Below are positions 22,901-30,320 of a stretch of 64,000 nucleotides of DNA, one piece after another. The stretch lies in assembly GCF_047289955.1 (NCBI RefSeq), contig NZ_JBLBUB010000028.1, positions 1,851 to 65,850 on the forward strand. Reading direction: 5' to 3'. The position numbers and the translations under genes were made by a program. Below the pieces are notes generated by a model. It had not been told where the DNA came from, made no database searches, and saw only the letters and a list, made by a program, of their open reading frames with translations. How positions within the stretch are numbered: the stretch's first letter is position 1; every line of letters begins with the position of its first letter. The stretch is from Microbulbifer sp. 2304DJ12-6. Lineage in GTDB: Bacteria > Pseudomonadota > Gammaproteobacteria > Pseudomonadales > Cellvibrionaceae.

Positions 22901-22992
22901 CATGGAATTCTCGCCCTGATGGATATGCAACCAACCACACGGCTAGCTCTCTAAATCATATGTCCATCTGTATTAAATATTGCAGGCCATGA
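13951..22992 (+). CDS. Giant Tc-toxin-like Rhs protein, 3013 aa. Signal peptide, FN3-like array, SpvB domain, FG-GAP beta-propeller, RHS/YD shell, DPxGY core, glycine-rich hydrophobic segment, alpha/beta-hydrolase-like C-terminal toxin
   Basis: GTG start at 13951, or GTG at 13960 with GGAG 10 nt upstream. Signal peptide VRSIVILALGLISGTVLA. About 8 FN3-like modules (e.g. YEYQVRACYVACSGY, YRYRVAAVKNG). SpvB motif VGIVGGEFRVTESGAANYTVPI...GMGWSISGLSAITACRR...YCLDGHRLKLISG. FG-GAP/VCBS repeats DINGDGIQDLVW, DYNDDGKSDLL, DFNGDGLPDYL, DLNNDGIADF, DINGDGLVDMLY, DWNDDGLTDILY, LDLDGDGRGEILE. Dozens of YD repeats. Core HMNGRVYDPTLSRFVSADP...NRYAYVHNNPLSYTDPSGY at about nt 21840-21975. C-terminal domain (nt about 21975-22989) has the hydrophobic Gly-rich run GGISAGAFAGMPGG...GGGKFGHGF, then VAFVGGAGDGSG and a nucleophile-elbow-like VVAHSYGAD. 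Confidence 0.9.
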   Translation: MGKVFVVRSIVILALGLISGTVLADVSGPASNTTGQFTIHYSVNPSATPVAAELRLFRNGSLKSTHTASTRGGSFTFSVSNSASYKVEFYYKNWYDPCPTCLLSSIPGSDNKIGANVPLAPQRLNPEPQGTFNNPGGSWILSGRHTVKVSIPKPGGITLAANNKTGAFTIGWGAAPGNPGKYQLRERKNAGSWATVYSGSGRQTSVSGRLSGVYEYQVRACYVACSGYTASKAITVVRTPGAINLPGSSTSGSFTVSWNAVSGRDSYILREQRNGGSWSTVYTGSSTSKTLSGRSTGTYRYRVAAVKNGVTGNYKTSDNLIVSKAPGVPGGFTVPSSSADGIYAIRWNAVSGDGDITYRVEETGETSASWTQSGTSRSYTKTKSGTYSYRVRACSTYSGVRSCGNFTGFKQVNTDFPDFFIQSHQGAKVTLVWDAEWAGGQYLVLSRNSEQLFRAAGVENGVYIDTVPASGTYHYRLESYRCPSSECIDLGRASDSITIVLAPGKPTVSAQHTVSYDGNTVITSNSSGPINTVRWQKRQSGSWPGEGNYSTAASHSFEVTGLGDGTWEFRTKNCNSAGCSSSWSNPVSLEVWNQVIPTKPAIESLPNDDDGVISLRWTDLKNQDVYQYEIYQNGQLAKTLASDPQTPNAPHTYTLPKRSDGNYTYTVKAFNLRCSRENNCPTSSAVSVIVAERPSPPGEVKPSATFTRTGFINLNWGAAGGNVKYYEVIPGSANASDGPITWHEGDKRAHTDLQSLSRDYTLNDGFHAFKVRACNQVSAYAPCSGDTVSDIVEVAISEPPVAIEVPPHRETALPNTATGVLASDRVGIVGGEFRVTESGAANYTVPIITGPASGGAVPSVALSYNSERGNGLLGMGWSISGLSAITACRRTQEEDNVNGSAFDRYCLDGHRLKLISGTLGSVGSLYRPSLDSFIRVKLVSTNVGTGKGFEVYRKDGSISYYGLSEDAYTANVWHLNRQEDSAGNYIQYRYLKDADTGEHVIDTIYYAANASDAPLNEIRFVYDSSRSDKLYGYAFGESKSLTRRLTSVTSKANGTELRRYVPTYETGATGRLRMAAIEECVGDNCRPSTSFKYTELTAMGVGDDAPNTSLLSRNFIGGKAGDINGDGIQDLVWIKLSPGDPWTNDDDRYYFRIALGDGNGGLNPQNTQIRARSNVHKEWHLVDYNDDGKSDLLHVPAGSGSAWKVNLSLGSAFSGTELTTAIPYEPDQKGNMYDFNGDGLPDYLKIQADDGMYGDEAEVAAVVRLTERKPGGGLQFASAETTREILNLPEIPYPPGYDRQRVAISIRDNDIVSDLNNDGIADFSAIVTTKWICDPPHFECPNNTPVLIWNHFAILISSGTGSHSVIFQQQEHWQAFKSEQRFADINGDGLVDMLYRSDDESQWALYHFTGDNFVRAGTLASQVDEDPLLYDWNDDGLTDILYPKDVSGSFGTLHVLLNTPTGFGTSLNTGFAWGVHETDIFHYTLDLDGDGRGEILEICSELEDVTSGNPCDNRVPFAEKYLRILKPKHKNKPIDVLSRITDGFGVKTEIRYARLNDASSNVYTRTTGASGLEYGNGSPVFDLYSPMYVVQKATSDAPAANNDANTVEVHYHYAKGRMQGGGRGFLGFEQVTSYDPQNQVKTTTYYRQDYPYIGMPEETAKVIEPSLGNIAVPAACSDTSQILISCSVNELDAFAPTGKTVFPYISKAIDKLYELDGTYLGNKATQTIYDRAKTADLLYGNVSEVIVENFDAAGNRLQNQTTKNNYNNVVDSNRWHTGRLIKSTVTTERFGRLAAPAITRQADFGYDPITGLLTDEWVAKGTGLELHTQYQHDRFGNRTSVKVTDAVGNSRMTRTLYDGYGRYATTRINALNQTTAQLQDFNAFGAAGKALDISGVATSRAYSQYGDAYFEYVETGSHSTTLKTLCSATVTCPTVAGVPAHYKSTTTGIDQTRVITYHDRLGREVRKQTQGFNGNPIYVDTQYDAQSRVKAVSEPHTGSNPRWSFYHYDLLGRTTLVDAPDGQCDVATVYNELSITVTNCGQSKTTQNNLLGEAVEITDAIGGKLQYSYYADGKLKNVKVLDSSGLQTALTSIEYDQLGRKDKMIDPDKGTWTYGYTGFGELHWQRDAKAQGTAMTYDALGRMITRADYKNFDSLSQNGDLQQFARWYYDQDPGCDSLYRFDGKLVAVAQAPVAIQGGCSPNLEDLGHLKLLHYDQYGRLGETTTSLGLIGGDGDFFEKVTYDKYSRAVKNFDASNQQVGQQGDYLYGVETVYNAYGYKQGVRDLRAPVGSGFYYTVEAMTTHGQVREVRLGNGLTTTYQYDPRSHRLTDILTDIAPGIGQIQNLHYDWYTIGNLMSKTDQSGDGSYQKSLEEVYQYDDLNRLRYAYLYNSGSQADVQEVRYDSGGNITFKTGVGNYSYNGPQPHAVTGTSIGSISYQYDNNGNLVGDGSGRILQYSVFDKPTLIEKGSHSTRLLYGPDRNRYKRVDDNGNGSVTTLQLGGVEKVIERTRNGSFVKAYYRRSLAGVAMETVDLDQSDQVTGRETRYLLKDLQGSLDVITTEAGQVAKDHLGNKLVYSFDPWGKRRAPFSWEQLGTPENIIATLGVGSFNHLTSNRGYTGHEMLDAVGLIHMNGRVYDPTLSRFVSADPVIDDVASVQGYNRYAYVHNNPLSYTDPSGYSKWTRFRDRWLNGRAIHYKLSQNPTLNAVVQVGVCIMAQAACPAVLAGYNAVQTYQVTGSWALAFKNGVLGGISAGAFAGMPGGWSPTAFALRGTFGGVLSVIGGGKFGHGFVSAGVGGGFGKDTQLATRMLVSGSISKATGGKFANGAATAAFAMAMGSIARSGTPPTEKPNITGSDKVAFVGGAGDGSGLSDPVVQDKYKAYIEEYGEESAKYFEWTDSDALSTYISDHKGRVTVVAHSYGADTASHIVAGGSQVYKLVTVDPVGWTRPSMQAIANNAVIWNNYDSTGGMWSHQSNFIATVGGAWNSRPDGYATNHTASSLNHMSICIKYCRP

Positions 22993-23609
22993 TTATGACC
23001 AGAGTCCTATTTAGAATTCCTGCTCTAATTTTGCTGTCGTTCGGTCTTCTGGGTTGTATATCGACGATGCCCGGTGACCTTCGTTTTTCTGGGGTGGAGC
23101 TTATTGAGGTTCCTGAAGTAACTGGAAAAGAAATAGATCGTGGGCAATATACCTTGAGAAGTGGTTATATCCCGAGACTTATGGTGAAGCTGGCTTCTAA
23201 GGAAAATATTTTTTCTTTTGCCAAAAAAAAGGGGGTTCGTGTAAGCGCTAATGTTTATTTCTGTGAAAATCCGAATGAGGAAGTTTTATTGAAAAGAGGG
23301 GGTGTTTTTATAGGCGATAAATCGTTGGATGATCTTTTGCTGAGCAATGCACCAATAGATAGCCTGAACACTAATAGGTCTGGGGACTACATTTATATAA
23401 TAAAAATTGGACTGTACTCCCCGGAAATTGACGGTGGCAGCATTACGCTAGAGGCTTTTGACCTTGTTAAAAATCCGCGAGATATATGTCTCTTTTTGGA
23501 GTTAAAGTCTATGCTTGGTGGCTACGAGTCTAAAACAGTAAAAATACCAAAAAAAGAAATTAAAAAGGCCATTTCTCCAATCTTGTACCATGAAGAGGTC
23601 AAGTCTTGA
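22989..23609 (+). CDS. Lipoprotein, putative immunity protein to the hydrolase-type C-terminal toxin of the upstream Rhs protein
   Basis: ATG at 22989 overlaps the Rhs TGA at 22990-22992 (ATGA translational coupling). The ORF track lists an alternative start at 22980. Lipobox ALILLSFGLLGC. GC about 40%, lower than surroundings. Periplasmic lipoprotein immunity proteins are typical for lipase/esterase-type effectors. Confidence 0.55.
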   Translation: MIMTRVLFRIPALILLSFGLLGCISTMPGDLRFSGVELIEVPEVTGKEIDRGQYTLRSGYIPRLMVKLASKENIFSFAKKKGVRVSANVYFCENPNEEVLLKRGGVFIGDKSLDDLLLSNAPIDSLNTNRSGDYIYIIKIGLYSPEIDGGSITLEAFDLVKNPRDICLFLELKSMLGGYESKTVKIPKKEIKKAISPILYHEEVKS

Positions 23610-23696
23610 CATTACACATTGAAGAGCCCCTAAAGCTGTTTCTATACAGCCACCAGTAAGAGACTTCCTGAGCCAACCGGTCTAAAAGTGGCGCCA

Positions 23697-23740
23697 AAGC
23701 CCCGGCAGTGACAACTTGCCGGGGTTTGTTGTTTTACAAA
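23697..23740 (+). terminator. Rho-independent terminator after the Rhs/immunity pair
   Basis: Perfect 8-bp stem CCCCGGCA / TGCCGGGG with a 9-nt loop, followed by TTTGTTGTTTT. Confidence 0.6.
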
Positions 23741-23987
23741 CCTTTTCAGCGGCCAACAGCAAACACCCCACCCGCACCCTAACACGCGGCCCGGGTTGCG
23801 GGGCCAATTTGAATTCCAATATAATCGACTATTGGAATCCGGGTCTTGTGATCTTCTTAATCTCGCCTGTTTCCAGGCAAGCTCCCAAACACTGTGGATA
23901 AAGACTGCGTCATCATTCGCGGCCAGGAACCCCTGTATTCGCATCCGCACCCGATGGGTGGTGTAGAACAAAAATTAACCAGAAAAA

Positions 23988-26900
23988 GTGTTGCTCACCG
24001 TGAGCACCGCAGGACCGGCAATGTCGTTTACCAAATTTCTTTTCGTCACTTTGGCCACCCTGATCAGCACGATGCTGGCCGGCTGTGATTCCGAGCAGTG
24101 GAATCGCCCCGCGGTCACGCTGGAGTCCATCCAGGTATTGACTGCCGAGGGCGCCACCGACATCGGGGCCGAGGTGTCTTTGACCGTGGGCGACAGCCAG
24201 GCACTGATTGCCCTGGGTCGCTACAGTGACGGCAGCAGCGCCGATCTCACCAGCAGCGTCAACTGGCACAGTGACAACACGGCGATAGTGGCTGCGGATG
24301 CCGATGGCAATGTTGCCGCGATCCGTGCGGGCCGTACACAGATTACGGCCAGTTTAGGCAGTATTGTCAGCAATGCTGTAACCATTATCGTCACCGACCC
24401 GGTCTTGACCAGTATCCAGGTGACACCGGCGGTGGTGGAGCTGCCCAGGGGCAACAGCCAGCAATTCACCGCCCTGGGCCGCTATAACGATGGCAGCACC
24501 GCCGATCTCACCAACAGCGTCAATTGGGCCAGTGACGATACCGATATCGCCTCCGTGGATACCCTGGGCGAACTCAGGGCCGTGGCGATCGGCAGCACCA
24601 CCGTCACGGCCAGCCTGGGCGATATTGTCAGCAATCGTGTGGCGGTCACCGTCACCAATGCCGTCCTGACCGCCATTCAGGTGACACCGCCAAGCGCCAG
24701 CCTGCCCAAGGGCAACCGCCAACAACTCACCGCGCTGGGTACCTTTAGTGACGGCAGCACACTGGATCTTACCGACAGCGTCAGTTGGAGCAGCGACAGT
24801 ACCGCCATTGCCACCGTGGACACCCTGGGTGAGCTCACCGCAGTGGACCTGGGTAATACCACCATTTCTGCCAGCCGGGACGATGTTGTCAGTAATCGCG
24901 TGGCCATCACGGTGACCAGTGCCATTTTAACCGGCATTCAGGTCACACCGCCCACCGCCAGCCTGCCCAAAGGCAACGTCCAACCGCTTGCCGCCCTGGG
25001 CACCTATAGCGATGGCACCACTGCGGATCTGACCAATAGCGTCGCCTGGACCAGTAGCGATACGGCGATTGCTGCCGTGGATAGCCAGGGTGCGCTGATT
25101 GCTGTCGACGAAGGCAATGCGACCATTTCTGCCAGCCAGGACGCTATCTTCAGTAATACGGTGACAGTGACCGTGTCCAGTGCCGTATTGACCGGCATTC
25201 AGGTGACCCCGGCCGTGGTCAGTCTGCCCAAGGGCAACGCCCAGCAACTCACCGCCCTGGGCACCTATAGCGACGGCACCCGTGTCGATCTCACCGACAG
25301 TGTGGACTGGCATATTGGCGATACCGCCATTGCCACCCTGGATATGTTGGGTGAACTCGCGGCGGTGGCCGAAGGCAGCACCACGGCCTTTGCCAGTTCG
25401 GCGGGTATGGTGAGTAATACCGTGACGATCACGGTCACCGGCGCCGAGTTAACCAGTATTCAGGTGACGCCGGCCAGCGTCGACCTGGCCAAAGGCAATA
25501 CCCAACAGCTCACCGCCCTGGGCCGCTACACCGACGGCAGCAGCGCCGATATCACCGACAGCGTCGACTGGCACAGCGACAATACCGCCGTCGCCACCCT
25601 GGACAGATCGGGGGAACTCACGGCAGTGGAGGAAGGCAGTACCACGGCCTCTGCCAGTTGGGGTGACATTGTCAGCAATACCGTGACCGTCACCGTGAGC
25701 GGTGCCGTGTTAACTGCGATTCAAGTGACACCGCCCGCACCCAGCCTGGCCAAGGGCAACCGCCAGCAACTCACCGCCATGGGTACTTATAGCGACGGCA
25801 GCACCGATGATGTGACCAATGCAGTTGCCTGGAACAGTGGCGATACCGCGATTGCTACTGTGGATAGCCAGGGTGAGCTGACCGCGGTGGACGAAGGTGC
25901 TACGACCATTTCTGCCAGTTGGGAGGGTATTGTCAGCAATACCGTGACAGTCACCGTGAGCGGTGCCGTGTTAACTGCGATTCAAGTGACACCGCCCGCA
26001 CCCAGCCTGGCCAAGGGCAACCGCCAGCAGCTTACCGCCATGGGCACCTTCAGTGATGGCACGACGGCTGATCTCACTACTAGTGTTGCCTGGACCAGTA
26101 GCGATACCCATATTGCGACAGTCGATAGCAGTGGCCAACTGACGGCGGTAGACGAAGGCACCGCCACCGTGTCTGCCAGCAAGGAGGGGGTTGTTAGCAA
26201 TACCGTAACAGTTATCGTCACCCCCGCCGTATTGACCGCGATTCAAGTAACGCCTGCCACCGTCGACCTGGCCAAAGGCAATGCCCAACAGCTCACCGCC
26301 CTGGGCCGCTACAGCGATGGCACTATCGTCACGCTCACCAGTGTCAACTGGCACAGTGGCGATACCGCTGTCGCCACTGTAGATATGGAGGGGCAACTCA
26401 CAGCGGTGGAAGAGGGTAACACCACGGCCTATGCCCGTTTGGGCGGTATTGTCAGCAATACCGTGACGGTCAATGTCACCGGCGCCATGTTAACCAGTAT
26501 TCAGGTGACACCACCTGCGCCCAGCCTGGCCAAGGGCAATACGCAGCAATTGACCGCCCAGGGTACTTTTAGTGATGGCACTACCGCTGATTTAACCAGT
26601 AGTGTTGCCTGGATCAGTAGTGATACCGATATTGTTACGGTGGATAGCAGTGGCCAACTGACGGCGGTAGACGAAGGCACCGCCACCGTGTCTGCCAGCC
26701 AGGAAGGGATTGTTAGCAATACCGCCACAGTCACCATCACCGGTGCGGTATTAACCGCGATTCAGGTCACGCCGGCCAGCAATAGTCTGGCCAAAGGTAA
26801 TACGCGGCAACTAACGGCCCAGGGCACGTTTAGTGATGGCACCACGGCTGATTTAACCAGTAGCGTTGCCTGGACCAGTAACGATACCCATATTGCTACG

Positions 26901-29900
26901 GTGGATAGCAGTGGTGAATTGACGGCAGTGAATGAAGGCGATGCCACCGTGTCCGCCAGTCAGGATGGGATTGTTAGCAACACCGCCACAGTGACCGTCA
27001 CCGGTGCCGTATTAACCGCGATTCAGGTAACCCCGGCCAGCAATAGCTTGCCCAAGGGCACCACGCAACAACTCACCGCCCAGGGCACTTTTAGTGATGG
27101 CACTACGGCGGATTTGACTGATAGCGTTGCCTGGACCAGTAGCGATACGGTGATTGCCACGGTGGATAGTAGTGGCGAACTGACGGCGGTAGATGAAGGC
27201 AACGCGACTGTCTCTGCCAGTCAGGAGGGAATTGTTAGCAATACCGCAACAGTCACTATCACCAATGCGGTATTAACCGCGATTCAGGTCACACCACCCA
27301 GTGCCAGCCTGGCCAAGGGTAATCGCCAACAATTAACCGCCCAGGGCACTTTTAGCGATGGCACCACTAGCGATCTGACGAATAGTGTTGCCTGGAGTAG
27401 TAGCGATACCAATATTGTTACGGTCGATAGCCTGGGTGAACTGACGGCAGTCAGTGAAGGCAATACGACTGTCTCTGCCAGCCAGGATGGGATTTTTAGC
27501 AATACCGCCATAGTCACTGTTACCAGTGCGGTATTGACCGCGATTCAGGTCACGCCGGTCAGCAACACTCTGGCCAAGGGCACCACGCAACAACTAACGG
27601 CCCAGGGCACTTTTAGTGATGGCACCACTAGCGATCTGACGAATAGTGTTGCCTGGAGCAGTAGCGATACCCATATTGCCACGGTGGATAGCAGTGGTGA
27701 ACTGACAGCGGTCAATGAGGGCAATGCGACTGTCTCTGCCAGCCAGGCGGGGATTGATAGCAACACCGCCACAGTCACTGTCACCGGTGCGGTATTAACC
27801 GCGATTCAGGTCACGCCGGCGAGCAATAGTCTGGCCAAGGGCACCACGCAACAGCTCACCGCCCAGGGTACCTTTAGTGATGGCACTACGGCGGATTTGA
27901 CTGATAGCGTTGCCTGGACCAGTAGCGATACCCATATTGTTACGGTGGATAGCGGGGGCCAACTGACGGCGGTCAATGAAGGCAGCGCGACCGTGTCCAC
28001 CAGTCAGGATGGGGTTGCCGGCAATGCGGTGGCAGTTACGGTTACCCCCGCGGCGTTAACCAGTCTCCAAGTGATACCGGCGAGCGCCAGCCTGGCCCTG
28101 GGCAGCAGCGAGCCGCTCTTCGCCGAGGGCACTTTTAGCGATGGCACTACGGCTAATGTGACCGACAGTGTGAGCTGGAGCAGTGACGATACGGCGATTG
28201 CCCGCGTAGACACTCAGGGCAAACTGATAGCAACGGGTCTGGGCAATACGACGGTGTCTGCCAGCCAGGATGGCATTGTCAGTAATACTGTGGCGGTCAC
28301 AGTCACCGCTGCCGTATTAACCGCCATCCAGGTGACACCGTCCACGGTCAGCCTGGCCAGGGGCAACCGCTTGCAATTAAGCGCCCAGGGTACCCTTAGT
28401 GATGGCAGTACCGCCGATCTCACCAGTAGTGCCAACTGGAATAGCGATGACCACGCCATCGCCACCGTAGATAGCCAGGGTGAAGTCACTGCTGTGGGCG
28501 TGGGTGGCACGACGGTGTCCGCCAGTCAGGAGGGGATTGTCAGCAATACGGTGACGCTCACTGTGCCTTCCCTGGAAAAGGTACAGGATGTCACGCTGAA
28601 TTTTGAGGCCGTCAAGCGTTTTCGTTTTGACTGGACCGAGGTTGCCGGCGCTAGCCATTACCGGCTATTGGAAAACCCCGATGGTATTTCCGGCTTTAGC
28701 CCGGTTGGCGAAGAGGTGACAACGGGTACCCTGGCACTGGAAGTGCCCCTCTACGCCCGTACCAATGCGCAATATATCCTGCAAGCTTGTGCCGGCCGGG
28801 GTGCTGGGGAGCTGTGTATCGACTCGGATCCCATCTCGGTCAGCGGCACCCTGGTGGGCAGTATCGGCTACTTTAAGGCCAGCAATACGGACAGGCGTGA
28901 TGGTTTTGGTTTCTCTGTGAGCCTGAGTGCCGACGGCCATACCTTGGCCGTGGGGGCTCCCGGTGAAAGCAGCAATGCTGTGGGTATCAACCCGGCTGGT
29001 CAGAGCAACAACGCTGCCGTTAATGCCGGCGCTGTGTATCTATTTGTTCAACAGGACGGCAGCTGGATCCAGGAAGCCTATATAAAGGCCAGCAATACGG
29101 ATACAGGCGATAGCTTTGGTGGGGCTGTGAGCCTAAGTGCCGATGGCAATACCCTGGCGGTGGGGGCATTGGGTGAAGAGAGCAATGCCACTGGAGTCAA
29201 CGGCACTGGCCAGGAGATTAACCCGTTTCCAGCTGCCGGTGCCGTCTATACCTTTACCCGCGATCAAGATGGCTGGGTTCAGCAGGCCTATATCAAGCCC
29301 AGTAATACGGATGCCGGCATGAGTTTTGGTGGTTCCCTGAGTCTGAGCGCCGATGGCAATACCCTGGCGGTGGGGGCAGGGCGTGAAGACAATCAGGCCA
29401 CTGGGATCAGCAGCCAGGGGCCGCGCAATGGCGGTGCCCGCGACTCTGGTGCTGTGTATGTGTTTGCCCAAAATAACGGTATCTGGGCCGAGCAGGCCTA
29501 TATCAAGGCCAGCAATAGCGAGGCAAACGATCTATTTGGTCAAGCTGTGAGTCTGAGCGCCGATGGTAATACCCTGGCGGTGGGGGCCACCGGTGAAGAC
29601 AGCCCCGCCACCGGGGTGAATGGCAACCAAGGCAATGATTTTCGCCAAACGCAAACGAGCGGCGCTGTCTATCTATTTAGCCGCGATGCTGTGATTGGCT
29701 GGGGTCAGGAGGCCTATATCAAGGCCAGCAATACCGGTGAAGCGGACTTTTTTGGCACGAGCGTCAGTCTGAGCGCCGATGGCAACACCCTGGCGGTGGG
29801 GGCAGAGGGTGAAGACAGTAATGCCACCGGAATCGATGCAGACCAACAAAATAATAATGCCTTCAGATCCGGTGCTGTCTATGTGTTTAGTCGCGATGCC

Positions 29901-30320
29901 GGTACTGGCTGGGATCAGAAGTTCTATATCAAGGCCAGCAATACGGATACAGACGATGGCTTTGGTGCGGCTGTTAGCCTAAGCGCCGATGGTAACACCC
30001 TGGCGGTGCGGGCAATCAAGGAAGACAGCCGCACCACCGGAGTCAATGCTAATTCACTAAATAATGCTGCCTCCAGGTCCGGTGCTGTCTATGTGTTTCG
30101 TCACAACGCGGGCAGCTGGTTCGAGCAGGCCTATGTCAAGGCCAGCAATACGGACATCGGCGACGAATTCGGTAGTTCGGTGAGTTTAAGTGGAGACGGC
30201 AATACCCTGGCCGTGGGTGCACCCGATGAAGACAGCGATGCCACCGGAATCGGTAATGATCAGAGCAATAATGCTGATGATCCTTTTAATTACAATGCTG
30301 GCGCCGTCTATGTGTACTGA
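23988..30320 (+). CDS. Giant surface lipoprotein or adhesin, 2110 aa: 17 tandem Big_2 (bacterial Ig-like group 2) domains, a linker domain, and 7 FG-GAP repeats (integrin-alpha-like beta-propeller)
   Basis: Likely start at ATG about 24020 (MSFTKFLFVTLATLISTMLAGC, lipobox LAGC). Seventeen repeats of about 88 aa, each matching VLTAIQVTP..SLAKGN.QQLTA.GTFSDGTT.DLT.SVAW.SSDT.IATVDS.GELTAV.EGNATVSAS. Seven C-terminal repeats match YIKASNTD.GD.FG.AVSLSADGNTLAVGA.GEDS.ATG......SGAVYVF (FG-GAP). Confidence 0.85.
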   Translation: MLLTVSTAGPAMSFTKFLFVTLATLISTMLAGCDSEQWNRPAVTLESIQVLTAEGATDIGAEVSLTVGDSQALIALGRYSDGSSADLTSSVNWHSDNTAIVAADADGNVAAIRAGRTQITASLGSIVSNAVTIIVTDPVLTSIQVTPAVVELPRGNSQQFTALGRYNDGSTADLTNSVNWASDDTDIASVDTLGELRAVAIGSTTVTASLGDIVSNRVAVTVTNAVLTAIQVTPPSASLPKGNRQQLTALGTFSDGSTLDLTDSVSWSSDSTAIATVDTLGELTAVDLGNTTISASRDDVVSNRVAITVTSAILTGIQVTPPTASLPKGNVQPLAALGTYSDGTTADLTNSVAWTSSDTAIAAVDSQGALIAVDEGNATISASQDAIFSNTVTVTVSSAVLTGIQVTPAVVSLPKGNAQQLTALGTYSDGTRVDLTDSVDWHIGDTAIATLDMLGELAAVAEGSTTAFASSAGMVSNTVTITVTGAELTSIQVTPASVDLAKGNTQQLTALGRYTDGSSADITDSVDWHSDNTAVATLDRSGELTAVEEGSTTASASWGDIVSNTVTVTVSGAVLTAIQVTPPAPSLAKGNRQQLTAMGTYSDGSTDDVTNAVAWNSGDTAIATVDSQGELTAVDEGATTISASWEGIVSNTVTVTVSGAVLTAIQVTPPAPSLAKGNRQQLTAMGTFSDGTTADLTTSVAWTSSDTHIATVDSSGQLTAVDEGTATVSASKEGVVSNTVTVIVTPAVLTAIQVTPATVDLAKGNAQQLTALGRYSDGTIVTLTSVNWHSGDTAVATVDMEGQLTAVEEGNTTAYARLGGIVSNTVTVNVTGAMLTSIQVTPPAPSLAKGNTQQLTAQGTFSDGTTADLTSSVAWISSDTDIVTVDSSGQLTAVDEGTATVSASQEGIVSNTATVTITGAVLTAIQVTPASNSLAKGNTRQLTAQGTFSDGTTADLTSSVAWTSNDTHIATVDSSGELTAVNEGDATVSASQDGIVSNTATVTVTGAVLTAIQVTPASNSLPKGTTQQLTAQGTFSDGTTADLTDSVAWTSSDTVIATVDSSGELTAVDEGNATVSASQEGIVSNTATVTITNAVLTAIQVTPPSASLAKGNRQQLTAQGTFSDGTTSDLTNSVAWSSSDTNIVTVDSLGELTAVSEGNTTVSASQDGIFSNTAIVTVTSAVLTAIQVTPVSNTLAKGTTQQLTAQGTFSDGTTSDLTNSVAWSSSDTHIATVDSSGELTAVNEGNATVSASQAGIDSNTATVTVTGAVLTAIQVTPASNSLAKGTTQQLTAQGTFSDGTTADLTDSVAWTSSDTHIVTVDSGGQLTAVNEGSATVSTSQDGVAGNAVAVTVTPAALTSLQVIPASASLALGSSEPLFAEGTFSDGTTANVTDSVSWSSDDTAIARVDTQGKLIATGLGNTTVSASQDGIVSNTVAVTVTAAVLTAIQVTPSTVSLARGNRLQLSAQGTLSDGSTADLTSSANWNSDDHAIATVDSQGEVTAVGVGGTTVSASQEGIVSNTVTLTVPSLEKVQDVTLNFEAVKRFRFDWTEVAGASHYRLLENPDGISGFSPVGEEVTTGTLALEVPLYARTNAQYILQACAGRGAGELCIDSDPISVSGTLVGSIGYFKASNTDRRDGFGFSVSLSADGHTLAVGAPGESSNAVGINPAGQSNNAAVNAGAVYLFVQQDGSWIQEAYIKASNTDTGDSFGGAVSLSADGNTLAVGALGEESNATGVNGTGQEINPFPAAGAVYTFTRDQDGWVQQAYIKPSNTDAGMSFGGSLSLSADGNTLAVGAGREDNQATGISSQGPRNGGARDSGAVYVFAQNNGIWAEQAYIKASNSEANDLFGQAVSLSADGNTLAVGATGEDSPATGVNGNQGNDFRQTQTSGAVYLFSRDAVIGWGQEAYIKASNTGEADFFGTSVSLSADGNTLAVGAEGEDSNATGIDADQQNNNAFRSGAVYVFSRDAGTGWDQKFYIKASNTDTDDGFGAAVSLSADGNTLAVRAIKEDSRTTGVNANSLNNAASRSGAVYVFRHNAGSWFEQAYVKASNTDIGDEFGSSVSLSGDGNTLAVGAPDEDSDATGIGNDQSNNADDPFNYNAGAVYVY
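24390..28560. repeat. Tandem coding repeats of about 264 nt (16-17 copies) encoding Big_2 domains; some copies are nearly identical at the DNA level
   Basis: For example, about 100 nt around 25680-25780 are repeated verbatim around 25940-26040 (ccgtgaccgtcaccgtgagcggtgccgtgttaactgcgattcaagtgacaccgcccgcacccagcctggccaagggcaaccgccagca). The period of about 264 nt is visible throughout. Confidence 0.85.
28850..30300. repeat. Seven tandem coding repeats of about 190-200 nt encoding FG-GAP blades
   Basis: Recurrent gccagcaatacgga...ctgagtgccgatggcaataccctggcggtgggggc units. Confidence 0.7.

Noticed and set aside
24390-28560. Regular about 264-nt tandem repeats that could be mistaken for a CRISPR-like array or satellite
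   Set aside because: The repeats are in-frame coding units of a single 2110-aa ORF encoding Big_2 Ig-like domains. There are no short unique spacers between constant repeats.
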